DNA from: Lingula anatina
Taxonomy: Eukaryota > Animalia > Brachiopoda
Direction: 5' to 3'
Length of the DNA stretch: 64,000 bases
Assembly (NCBI GenBank): GCA_051362555.1
Contig: CM120649.1
Span: 4,216,001-4,280,000, forward strand
Shown here: piece after piece, positions 38,702 through 51,360 of the stretch
How positions within the stretch are numbered: position 1 is the first letter of the stretch
How the letters are laid out: every line of letters begins with the position of its first letter
Notes under the pieces: generated by a model
What the model saw: the letters and a program-made list of their open reading frames with translations, nothing else
Told to the model about the DNA's origin: nothing
The model's database searches: none
Translations under genes and position numbers: made by a program

Positions 38702-41700
38702 GTCTACTTAATCCCCTCACATAATCCTGTGGGCTTATTAACGTAATCATTACCATGGCAATATACAATATCAATCTTACCAGTAATCTATTTATGATAA
38801 GTATTAGTAATATGAATGCAAATGTATGTGTCCATCTCATTTACAACTACCAGCTGTTGCGGTACACAAAATTGACCAAAAATATACATTTATCGATGCA
38901 TGCACGCAACAGTCACTGCGTAGATCACCTCGTACAAACTCATCATTCTGATCTTAATGTGAAAATAATGCCACGTTAGCTCACATGGGTTCTTAAGTAG
39001 GAATATTAAATGGAAAAACACATATCTGTGACCACAATGTAATAGATTTACCATGCATGCTCATAATATTATCATAAGCCTAGGGCTTGCACACTCAAGC
39101 ATTATGTTATGTTATGTTATGTTATGTTATGTTATGTTATGTTATTCACTGACATATTTAGAGGGGGATGCTCTACATATTACAGTAATATTACCATCGT
39201 CTAAAATTATTTAACATTTGTCTTACTCTACCCCCCCTCCCCCCGGCAAAAAAAAAAGAGATTATCAGTGAGCCAGCCTACCCCCTTCTTTGTGAAATAC
39301 AAGAGATGTCAGTTAAAATGGAAGGCATGTGTCTGTTCGTACAGTGCAATGAGTCTAATATGCACGCCCACACCATCAATTCTTATATCATAGGAATATC
39401 ATTATACTGGCATATCCAGAGTACACCCATACATGGGTGTCTTTTGTTTTGTGTCTCAACTGTTGATGACAGTAGTTATCCATTAAAAAAGAATAAAATG
39501 ATTTAATACAATTCTACAATAAAATGTTTTGTTAGCAGTTGGTAAAATGGTTGATTCGGTAGCTTTGAAAAGTTAGTTGGCTTTGTGTATGAAAGTACAT
39601 TTTTATGAATAATTAAAGATGATAAATGCTGAAAAAGCAAGATACTGGAATTACAGAGGCTTTTAAGAATAGTAGGTAATTACCATAGTTCTACATTTCT
39701 TATTATTATATTCATACATATTTACATATTCTGGCAACACTGTACAATCTAGTGTGGAACACTTTATGGAAATCGATGGAAATTGATGATATCAATATCC
39801 ACTAAAACACATCCATATGCAAAAAAAGATATCCGGTTAATCTATTTTTTTTAGACCAGTGAATGAAAGGATAGAGCCTTTAGACAACCGCCTTTTATCC
39901 CACCACACAATAGCTGTATTATACCAAAACACACAGAGTGATATGATACATGTATAGGTCATCTGTCGGCAGAAACTCTGTGACAGGCGACCTTTTTTGT
40001 CACTAAAATACTGAAGAAAAGCTTATCTTTAAGTCTAAGTATGGGGGACATCTGGTTTTTTCCTCTTACAGTTTCTTAATTTCATTTATTAGTGTGTGTG
40101 TGTGTGTGTGTGTGTGTGAGTGAGAGAGAGAGAGAGAGAGACAGAGAGAGAGAGCGGCAGAGAGACAGCGCTAGAGTCCCTGAAACTTTAATAGACCCTC
40201 TGTGAGAAAAACGTCTTTGAAAGCCAAAGATGCAAAATCCAAAGCATATAGTATGACATAGCACCCACACTAGAGCTGTATCACTACCAAACATTCCTTA
40301 CAACACATTGGTATTCATCATTCCAACAACAAACTTAGTTACACTCATAATAACACCTGGCAAGACAATTTCAGACTAAACTGAGAAAATTAATACCTTG
40401 CCCTCCATAATGACAACCAGATCTTGGTCTGTCCGAGCTGTTAATTTTTAATTTAACTTTTTTTACATCAAATGTATCAAAATTAGGCTAAGGAAAACAC
40501 AAAACATTCAGATTTTGATCATTTGTTTTCTACCAAATCATCACTAACAAATTGGGCCAAGAAATACTAGTATGTGAATTTATGAAAAAAAAAAAAATAG
40601 AAAAGACCTTGACAAAACTCTAAAAAATAATCTCCAAGGCATCTTATTCACTGATAAACCAAAACCCTTCCCTTGACAGGACTTCCCTCATTGTGAGAAG
40701 TGAAATAAGATGATACCAGTCCTATTAATCCATGTAAGTTCCATATGAACTGAAAGTGAGAAGGTCTCCTTCTAAACAGGCAAAGTAAATCCGTACAGAA
40801 ATAAATACCTCCTCTCCCCCCCCAAAAAAAAAGTAAAACTGAAATAAATGTGGAAAATCAGATGGCTTTGCATCAGAGAAACATTGCCGTGAGTGTCTGC
40901 AAATGATAAATCTTGAAAAGGCAGAAGATAACAAAGAGGAAGGGAGAGGTTTGAAAATGTGAAGTAAAAATATGATGTGCCACAAATGGCCAGAAGGAAT
41001 CCTGTTACCACAAAATCAGGTGCATGATCACATATATCATCCCTAAAGATGCTCAGTAAAACACATGTGCCTGATGGGTTATTAAAGGCTGGGGATTCTC
41101 ATTTAAGTCCATGGATTAAACTCACTATTCCAGTACAAATCTGTCAGCTGATATTGGCTGCACGTGCTCTGCCTGATCATATTTGGGCACAGTGAAATTT
41201 ACATGAAATGAAAAGAGGTTCTTTTTCACTTTTCTTGTTCAAAAATTTAATCATTTTTTGGTCAGTGGTAAATTTGCACAAAAGAAGAATAAGCTATATT
41301 TCACTTTTCTTGTTCAAAAATTTGAGCAGTCTTTGATCATTGATAAATTGGCTCAAAAGAGAAAGATGTTACTTTTTCACTTTTCTCATTCAAAGGAAAT
41401 TCTCATGATAAGTATTCTTTTCTATCAGCAACAAAGATTTTGCATGCCTTTTGAGTGAATCCCAGTCAACACTACCTCAACGCCAGGTAAAATGCCACAC
41501 ACATCATCCTCAAAAAATGTGCCATAAAAAACTAAGGATGGTCCAACGATTTGGGCTAATATCCTATCTAGGAAAATAAGATGGACCCATCATTTCACAG
41601 CAAGTGGGCACTGGTATCTGTATAGCCCTGTATTTCTAGCAATCAGCAGCAAATTCTTTCCTAAAACTTTAAGGAAATGAAGTAAAAACCCATTTTCCAG

Positions 41701-42399
41701 TGTTTTATTATTGATTTTTAAGATCACATTTAAAATTCACTAGTCTCCATCTCTTCTATGAGAGTAAATCAAAAATTACCTGCAGATTAGATTCCAGGTG
41801 TTTTTTCACCTGTACATCAGGTACATGACTGTAGACTTAATGTCCTCTAAATCATTACCTGTACTAAAGGAAGGGGCAGAATACTGCACAGGGCTTTTAC
41901 CTAGAAGGTTACACTTGTATAGCTTTGATGAAAAATACATTCTGACTTGCACATACGCGTGTATCCATAAGATATTTTGTTCCCCTCCCTCCCCCCCCTC
42001 ATTGCAAAAATATCTGCTGACATCAATGATTGTATGTTCGTATATGTTCGTCTCTGTGTTTTATGTTAGAGTGCATGTGCACGTGTATATATGCATGTGT
42101 ATTTAAGATCCCATTCCTATTGACACCATAAGTTAAATGCAGATTTATCCAACTCTTTGGGGACTCTAGCTGAGTGCAATCATCTTAACTGAATGAGACG
42201 CCACCTTATTTCCAATGTGCTCATATAATCATATAATATCACATAAGCTTTTCTGCATTCTCTTTAGCACCAGGAAGAGCCATGTTAGTCTGTTAAACTG
42301 ATTGCATTCAGTGAGAGTCATTGCATAGTTGGATCGATCTACATAGACTGATAGTATCTATGGGAATGGGACCTGGGAGTAGAAAGGTGTACAGAACAG

Positions 42400-42470
<71 letters not shown>

Positions 42471-42606
42471 TTTTTGTGTATGTGAGTGTATGCTTCTGAA
42501 TCTGATAGTAAAAAAGTGTTGAAGAGATCTGAATACATGTACGTGTGTTTGCCTAAGTGTATATCAGGCATATGTGTGTGTTCATGTGCGTGCACACGTG
42601 CATTTC

Positions 42607-42643
<37 letters not shown>

Positions 42644-45458
42644 ACGCATTCAGGTGTGTGTAAGATCGAACAGGTGTAAAAAACATCTGGATATTCCCAC
42701 CGAGAACTGAAGTGCAGGAACTACTGAAGTTAAAGAACAGTTGTGGCATTTTCACCTGATGAACGCACCTGAACAGACAAACAACAGTTAACCCTTCCCC
42801 TCCTTCCTAAAAACAGTGACAGCCACAGAAATGTTGATTGGGAATACTTCAGCCTATGAAAGAAATCTGTCAAATTTCTTGTTAATTTAAAAGACCAAAA
42901 GAATGGCAGGGTTCTTATTCATATATATCAATATTGCATCTATCACGGATGTGGAAATTCATAGGAAAAAAGACATTTGCAAGGTAGACCGTTCAAGAGG
43001 AAACTCCTCCCTAACTGATACAGTTGATAAAACTGAATGGCAAAAATCCCTGAAGAATTACCTCAGGCTTGCATTTGTATCAAAATCTGATTACCACAAC
43101 GACTGCAATCAGTTCATGCATGTTTTATTGAAAAAAAAAAAAAAAAAAAAAACAGGAGTGCCTTTTTTAAAGAACACGTTCAACATTTTTATCAGTCTAA
43201 AAATGTCTGTTCTGGTGAAATAAGAAGAAAAAAATGATATACCAAGCCGTAATTTATGTTGCTCCTCTTAACATGGAATGTGAAGATTAGACAGAGCCTA
43301 GAAAACCACAGACCATCTCCAATATGGAGAAAAGTGATAAATTAGACTAACCAGACTGTACTTGTCAGGCTTCATATCTGGATTACTTAAGCCCATGTTT
43401 CACGAGAGAAGTTATGACCAAAAGCTGGTTTAACTTATAGACCAGAATTCTTAGTCTATCTGAACCAATATGAATCAGTGGTAGCCAGTTCTGCAACTGT
43501 CACATAAAAATAAAGAAATGGATATAGACTAATATTCACTTGATATTAGAAAACTACTACAATATTTTCCCACAGTTAGTGGATTAAATTCCATGGTCTT
43601 AAAGTTAAGACCAACTTTGTCCTAATAGTTCCTTTGTGAAGCTGACATCTGGGACAATATGATGGCTACAGAGATAAAAGTTACAACAATAACCATGCAT
43701 CCGCAGATGCTCTGCACCGGTTAAAACATTTAACAGACATTTTCTAGGGCAAATGACGTTTATTTATTATATCTAAACTCATTTTCATTATTACCTTTCT
43801 CTAAATGCAACTTGCAGTATATGGGTAATACTTCAGTTTCATAACTGTGGCAGAAAAACTCATCTCACTGCTGCCTCTGTTTGCATATATATTGATACAG
43901 TCACTCTATATGCCCTTTTCCCACCTTGCCGTATACTTATCAGCACTGTGACATTTTGAGAGATTGAGAACTTCACAACTTGGTTATAGTATGCAAGAGA
44001 ATCATCTAAATGGAGCACCTATTCCTCACTCAACCAGTTGACCTGATTTATGTCGATTGGTCCAACACCTCCCCCTCTTTACATAGTGTTATTACGCCTT
44101 AAGACCATTCAAAGTGTTGCAATTCAGATAAGTATTACTTATAATGTGAAAAGGACCTTACATTTATTGCCTGCCCTAGCTAGATAATATCAAAGACACC
44201 ACCCCCTATCCAGTTGGGAAGCATATATTCATTTCTAAAACAGACTGCATGACACTACAGACCCCAACCCTGAATTGTGGAAAGGTATTTTACATTTTTA
44301 AAACTTTGTATAGCCTGCACATAAAGTCAACATAAAACTAACCTCTGTAACTTTGCATATAGCTACGATATAGTATTATTAACTATTCTGTAAAATTTTA
44401 ACCATGGTGTTTACACGGCCTTCAAAATGTATTCATATTAAGTTATCATTAAAAAACTGAGTGCCCTTAACAGTTGGGCCTTTTTCCAAGTGGTTTTCAG
44501 CAAAACAAATGTATCTACTGTAATTTCTTAAGATCTTCATACACCCAGATTTCTCAAATATTTTTCCAAGATTTATCATTATATGCACCTAAAAATATAC
44601 TTTCAAACTCCAAGCCAAGCAACTTTTAATTCAAGACTTTCAAGCATAATGAATAAACCACAACTTTGTGGAAAATCATTAATTTATTTTATTCAAATTT
44701 ACAGAGTAATTACAATATCTATGTAATAATTTGCACTTAACTCAATTACAAAGGTAAGCACTTTGATCAATGTTATCTTCCATAATACGTGATGATCCTT
44801 AAACCAATTAGTTATATCCTTTCCATTTGTCGTGACCAATTATATTTATCAAATAATTGTCTTTCTATATTTGTGTGCTTTGTAACTCCTAGATTATCTG
44901 ATAACTCGAAACCAAAGGTATGTTACTATCAGAAACCATTGTTTGAGCAAAATGTTGATAAACACATAATTGTGTTTTAATCTGTGTAAGATTGCATATC
45001 TAAAATGGGTTAATAAGTTTTTTTTTCTTTTAATCTGTGACTGAGACATTATTTGCTTTGTATATTCTGATATAACTGTATAGTTAGGTATTCTTTGCAT
45101 CTGTACGATATGTTTTGAATAGAGGATTATAATTTTAACATATTGTTTTTCATATACTGTATGTCATAATAAATAATAATCTCTCTCTCTCTCTCACACA
45201 CGGACACACACACACACACACACACCTGTATCGCCAGTACCTTTTTTTCTTCAAACTTTCCATATGACAACTTTGGGCCCAAGTTTTATCTGGTGCCTTA
45301 AATATTTAACTTCCAAGGTAAAAAAAATAAATAAATAAACAAAACATTATAATTTACTTGAAATTTATGTGCAATCAATATACAGTTTAATGAACAACAG
45401 TAAAAGTTTGTCCATGCCATGTAATGTATAATGATACAATGCTCTATATAAGACATAA

Positions 45459-45492
<34 letters not shown>

Positions 45493-48400
45493 CAGTAACA
45501 GTAACTAGAAACAGCAGAGCATGCTGATAATACAGAGGTCAGATTTTAGTGAACTCTGGAACCGAGGGTGTTACAAGAAAACAGGAGAGGCGTTCTTTTG
45601 TCTCATAAGCAGTGTACACCAGACAGTGACTCCACACCACAAGTTCATACAGTCAATGAATCAGGCCATGTATAGTAGTCATAGCACACATTCCAGCTCT
45701 GATGAATTTTCTTCTTAAAAATCTGCAGCAAAAGTTACCAGACTAAGATGATTCACATAAAAGCCAATCCTAAAAGAAGGGTCGAATGACCCGCATTTTG
45801 TGAGTCACTCTCTTAAGTTAAATAATGGAATACCAGCACATTCACCCATATATAATTGCATCAGCCATGGCCTATTAATCTCTCAAACATGGGCCAACTG
45901 AGCAATGATTGCGTTAGAGAAGCTACAGGTCACAATCATGTGACTCACGCATGAAATTTTATTTTAACCAGCCCTGGAATGAGTCATCATTTGGGTGAGC
46001 ACTTGTACCCGCCTTAATAAATATGCATGAGTTGCAGTTTGGAAAATACCATGAACCTGAATGATATTGTGATGCTACAGAAGAATATGCAACAGTAATT
46101 GCTGGAAAGGATAACTTATAATTAAGACACACTTAATTTTCATAAAAACAGCCTAATACTTGTAAATAAGGATGAAATACCTTTTTTATCCAGTCAATGA
46201 AAGAAAATTGTGTATTAAATTGAAACTGGTATTAAGAAAATAGTTTGGATTGAATCTGAGAATAGATACACAGAAAAAATATTGAATGTTTAGGTTTTTC
46301 CTGTTTTAAATCCTGTTTCAAGATATCCTCTAGAATCACAACTATTCTGTGTTTTTAGTTTTAGAATGATATAATAACACACCTTGGTAAAAAGAAGGAA
46401 AAATGTCAAAATTTCCTGTCAAACAAATGTGTGCTCTGATAAAAAGATCTCAGTGTGACAAAAATAAATCAATAAAAACTTACCGCGGGCTGCCTAGTCA
46501 GGTTGACCAGATCTCTCACATTGTAATACTGATGTTTTTCAAATGCTGAGAATAACATATCCATGACTTGTTCTTTGTCCTTCCGTGATTTTTTCCCTTC
46601 ATCTTTCTTCTTGGCTAGGTAGTCTTTCTGCAATGGTATAAAATAACAATCATGTTGAGAAAAGAAGTGACGGAGAAGCTTACCAGTCTAGCAGTCTTTC
46701 TTCAATGGTATAAAATTTATTATGGTGAGAAAAAAAAAGGGATGGAACAGCTAATAGTCTTTCTGCAATGGTATAAATTAACAATTATGGTCAGGAAAGA
46801 AGACTAAGATGGAACAGCTTGGAAAGTTTGATGGAAAATGGAGTTGAAGGAGAGAAGGTGTGACTTGAATGTCATGTTTGAAAGAGATGGTTGGAGGATG
46901 GAGGTGTAAAGGACAATGGAGTACAGCTACTGGAGAGCGCAAGAGCAGTCTGCGACATTAGCCACTAGTCCTATGCCCACAACACGTAATATTTTGTATG
47001 GACCAGGAGATTTGTCAGGATGTATGAATTTAGTGGTCCAACATGGCCAATAGATTTTGTTTTTTTTTTTTAAGTTTCCAAGAGCTTTTGATTTGATTTT
47101 TATTTCTGTGTCTATTTAATGTATATATTTTGTGATTTTTCTAAATTAGAAAAAAGTTTAAAACAAAATCTCAGTCTTGTTATAAGTATTTATAAATGCA
47201 ATAGGGTAAATGCCCAGTCTTATTGAAATTTTCATTCCGACCAATGAATCCTGATTCGGAAAAATAGCTTTTAGGATATTGGTGGCCCTAATGGTACGTA
47301 AGCTGAAAAGGTAATGGCAAAGGGATTACCATCGGAGGCATCGGGAGGATTTTGAAGTACTAAATGGTATCATTAAATCAGTGATGAAACAGTGACAGTG
47401 GGTGTTCAGGTAAAGGAGATACTTGAGAAACCAATTTTTCAGTTTTTACCCCCCAGTGGCAATCATGATGTCACCTGTAAGATCACATGTGTAAACGTTA
47501 ATTAATTTAGTCACTGAACATTGAAGATTTATTTATAAGCCAAAAGAATGCACGGAAGGCAGTAAATAAGAAGTTTTGGGTGAAGGATGACAAAATCCTT
47601 AAGGATAGCAGTTATGTACTTACATTAAACTGGTGATCAGACTTGGGTTTGTAGTTTAATACTATCTTGTCCAGCTGTTGCACTTGTCTCTGTGGCTTAT
47701 TCTGTTGTTCTACATGTATTCTGTAAGTTGATAATAATATATTAATTATTATTATCAGTATAGTAACAACATTCATTTAAAATTACTATCAAAAAGTTCA
47801 AGTTTTACATTTGCAGTGTAAAAGCAATATTGAAAGATGTGAGAATCAATTAAAATGATTATATTTTGATATAAACACTTCAATACTATTTAAATTTTTT
47901 ACCAGACCAGATATATGATGTATACTATGAGAAGATATCATAACAACCAGGCCTAAAAAGACATCAAGCATGAGACTGCCATTTAGTGAAAAAAGTCAGA
48001 AAATATGGCATGAGGTCTAGGGGGCCACCTAGGTGAATGATATTTTTGGCTCCCAAAAAGTCAGAAATACGCCAATAGTCGAAAAAAGTCATCCCTGTGA
48101 TATCTGTATAGTGTAAACACCAAGCTCTATACCTAAACTTGTCTTTTTCATATGAAAAGACAACAAATACAACTGATGGTGATATTAGTACGTCCAGAAA
48201 CATTGTGACTGTCCATAATATCACAATAATTGAGCTATAACCCTATTAAATAACATAAACAGCCAGTTTCCATCCTGAAATCTTACTCACCGTTTAAGCT
48301 TCATATAGTTATCGTCACCAAGTGGTCTGCACTCTGCTCTGTGCATGACTTTGCCTTCCACTGCTACTCGTTGCTCTGAAATCACAATACCAGTACAGTC

Positions 48401-50742
48401 ATTGTTCAACAAATTGGAAATCCTCCTTCCACTACCGCTGCCACGACACACACGCATGCATGCACACACACACACACCACACACTTTTTCTTCATATGAA
48501 TCATATCTAACCCCTCGTGACTGTTTTTTTTCCTAAAGACTAGGAAATTATGGTGAAAAGTGCGACTGATAAATTGTGTTTATTTGTTTTATTAAAAAAA
48601 TACAGTACATGTCATCAGAGTATTAAAGCTGTATGGACAACTATATATACCCCACTTACCATTAGTGTCCCCGGATACACCTGTTTGAAAAAAGACAAAT
48701 GAAAACGTATTTTAATGACAAAACATATTAAACTAATAAGACACAAGAATTTATTACTTTAATATCCTGCCAACAAAGCGAAAAAAAAGTCACTCCTTAG
48801 TTTGAAATATCCACAAAATAATTTCAATGCATTACTAGTAACTATTCATTTTTACTAAGATATCTGTTTTACTAGATATTGGATATTGCAACACAATGGA
48901 GGGGGGGAGGCAGAGGGGGGCACAGAAGGCATGGGGACCTTCTTAGCCACATGTGTGACAACTGCAGATCATAAGACACAGGACTGCAAATTAAAAGACA
49001 TACAGTTTGCATATGGGAGAAAAAGATTCATCATGAATTTCATCCATGAAGGGAAAAAATTAAAATCTTATTTATAACTAGAACCAGTGGATTTTGTATT
49101 TTTTCTCAGATTCTGTCAGGATATAGCATGATGACAAACTGATTTTAATTGGGAAATTTAAAAACTGGTAAATTGCTGATATTTCCAGTAATTTTTATAG
49201 AGGTCAAAAGCCTATTGCACATATGCCTTCAATATGACTGCAAATCAGCCAATGATGCACATTAAAATATCGTACAGATGAAATTTTTACCTGCACCATC
49301 CTGTGTGAGCACGAACAATTTCTGATTCGCTGTTCCCGTGACAACAAACTTGTGATCTCTTGGAACCTCCTCTCCTGTTTCGTCTTTTTTCGCAAGCGAT
49401 TCTTGGAGAGAGAATAAAACTTCAGGTTTCCCACCCTGGAATCTGAAAAATGTGTGTGACAGGTATAAAATGCATGTAATACCTTTACACAGCAATAAAG
49501 TCAATTTTCCTGAAAATTCCAAAAATTCATGAAGCAATATCTTATCCTCACATATATATCAACCAAATTATGGAACTTCTGTGGTAAAACTAGTTGATGT
49601 TGGGGGTCTAGATCCTAAGACTTTTCATTTACAAAAACCTGAATTGACTGGTCACCTTATTTATTTATGGCTAGGAATAGATGGGTCCCCATAGCCTCGT
49701 CACACATATGAAACCCTAATGTTGGATAGTTGTTGAATTTTTCCCACAAAAGTTCCAGAATTCGATTGATATGTATATGCATATTCATAAGTCTTATTTT
49801 ACAGGATGATTAAAAAATCACTCACAAATAAGCAATAAAACAGCAGAATTAACAAAACTTGAAAACTTTGGAACAAAAAATTTTGTCTGAGTTGTGAAAC
49901 CATTCAAGTCAGGCAACATTCATATTAAAAGTACGTAACAAATGCTCAACAAAAAGAATCCCACCGTTATAAGGTGATAACTTATATGGACTTAATTGGA
50001 TATTCAATAAAAATGTTAAACAAAAAAAAAAGGAAACGATGCAATCATCTCCCAAGTATGGACTTAATTCCTACAGCCTACATGTACCTTGGCTGTGTAA
50101 TTCTGAGCTTTCCCACTTCATTAGAGCTCCCAGCTTTCTTCCACCTTTCTGCTAAATATTTGGGAACCTGGAAAGCAAAGTTATAACAACTGATAAAAAT
50201 AACCATTGTACTGTATTTATATTGTTTATTTATTATTTGATAATTTATTATTAACAATTTAGACATATTTGCTGCTGTTCTCGATGTGACAACAATATAT
50301 ACATTTATATATATAATTACAAAATGTAAGCGTCATATTAAGTAACTGTTTATATGATTTATAAATCACAAACAAAACATGTAAATTCATGCTTTGTCCT
50401 TTAATGTCATGAGTACATGTGTTTAATTTTTACAATATGCTCTACTCCTAGAGCATGCATTTTTAAAAACTGGATTTTACTAGTAGGGCGATTGCATTTA
50501 TTTCCTTTAACAATGTTTTTTGTTCTTGTTTGAGTTTTTAACACTTTAGTGGACTCGTATGCTAATATTATAAGGTCGTTTTGCATTGCTTTTTAATTAT
50601 TTCTAAATTCTCCAAACCGAGTTTTCACTGTTTCAGTTTCGCTGTTTACCTTCACCAACCAAACTCCTCTGCTTGCTGCGGTTAAATCCAGATCAGACAA
50701 CTCGTGAACTTTCTCTGTTTTGTCCATTTGGCCTTTTTGCAT
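30011..50742 (-). CDS. GTF2F2: General transcription factor IIF subunit 2 (TFIIF beta/RAP30)
   Basis: Exons 50742-50650 (M...DLDLTAASRGVWLVK), 50167-50088 (VPKYLAERWKKA...), 49442-49291, 48680-48660 (microexon), 48375-48291 (VAVEGKVMHRAECRP), 47720-47624 (QQLDKIVLNYKPKSDH), 46627-46484 (DMLFSAFEKHQYYNVRDLVNLTRQP) and 30139-30011 (YLKEILKEICVYNMKAPHKNMWELKPEYRHY...*). All are GT-AG and phase-consistent. Confidence 0.95.
32405..32652 (-). mobile_element. Degenerate HINE/Helitron-like fragment
   Basis: Reverse complement starts TTACCTCCACCAGTGAAGGAGTTTTGTCTTCATCAGCATTGGTTTGTC, resembling the TTACCTCCGCCAAGGAGGTTATGTTTT start of common HINE families. Confidence 0.35.
36807..36862. repeat. (GA)n microsatellite
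   Basis: Directly visible. Confidence 0.9.
42105..42374. mobile_element. Tourist/Harbinger-like MITE
   Basis: Same family as 19745-19999; both arms present. Confidence 0.6.
49553..49777. mobile_element. Degenerate palindromic MITE
   Basis: Arms TATATATCAACCAAATTATGGAACTTCTGTGG / CCACAAAAGTTCCAGAATTCGATTGATATGTATA. Confidence 0.45.
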
Positions 50743-50960
50743 TTTAAACGCAAATGCTTACGTTTAACGTTAAATATTGTGGCCAAAAGTAATTTTGCCG
50801 AGAGCACGAAATCAACATGTTTTCAGAACCATTACGCATGCGCTCTCATCTAGTTTCACTTCCGTCAACTTCCGGTAAGCGACGACGTGGAAGAAAGACC
50901 GTCAGCTGCGTCAACACTTTCGTTTCATCAACACCAAAAGACCAGAATATTTAATGGTAC
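50743..50960. promoter_or_regulatory. Bidirectional promoter shared by GTF2F2 and ASCC1
   Basis: The start codons are about 620 bp apart, head-to-head. CpG-richer patch with NRF1-like ACGCATGCGC (~50834) and two ETS/GABP-like ACTTCCG sites (~50858, ~50868). Confidence 0.7.
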
Positions 50961-51360
50961 GCTAAAGTTGAAACGCAAACCCCTTTTCATGGTGTTGTTA
51001 TGGGTCAGATGTAATATATATCCATTTTACAGCCAAAGTTTTACATTTATGTATGGGTTTCGATCATTTAGTTCTGCTACTAAGCCTACTTCTCTGGACT
51101 TCCTTGGGTTAATTCCTACATGTAGGACCTTGAGACTCAAGAAACCAACATCTTATTAAGATTCTTGTTCTATGTTTGGTTCAAATCTATGGTCGTTGTC
51201 ACTGATCATTTACTGCTGACGCCTTGATTGTCTAAGGCAATATGAAACTACCTTGTACTTGAGTATATATACACAATATACTCAGTACACCCTAAATGTA
51301 GTCCTGTGAAATAAGATGTATTTTGATATTTGATGATCTAGCTGTTGCAGAGGCATCTTG

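Noticed and set aside
41215-41390. Three ~78-bp degenerate repeats, and a ~95-bp duplication at 30175-30310
   Set aside because: Ordinary local tandem duplications with no sign of function.
44176-44196. Resemblance to the reverse complement of miR-9
   Set aside because: Mismatch in the seed region, an insertion, and no precursor hairpin.
51175-51195. GGTTCAAATC B-box-like motif
   Set aside because: No cloverleaf or A-box context; not a tRNA.
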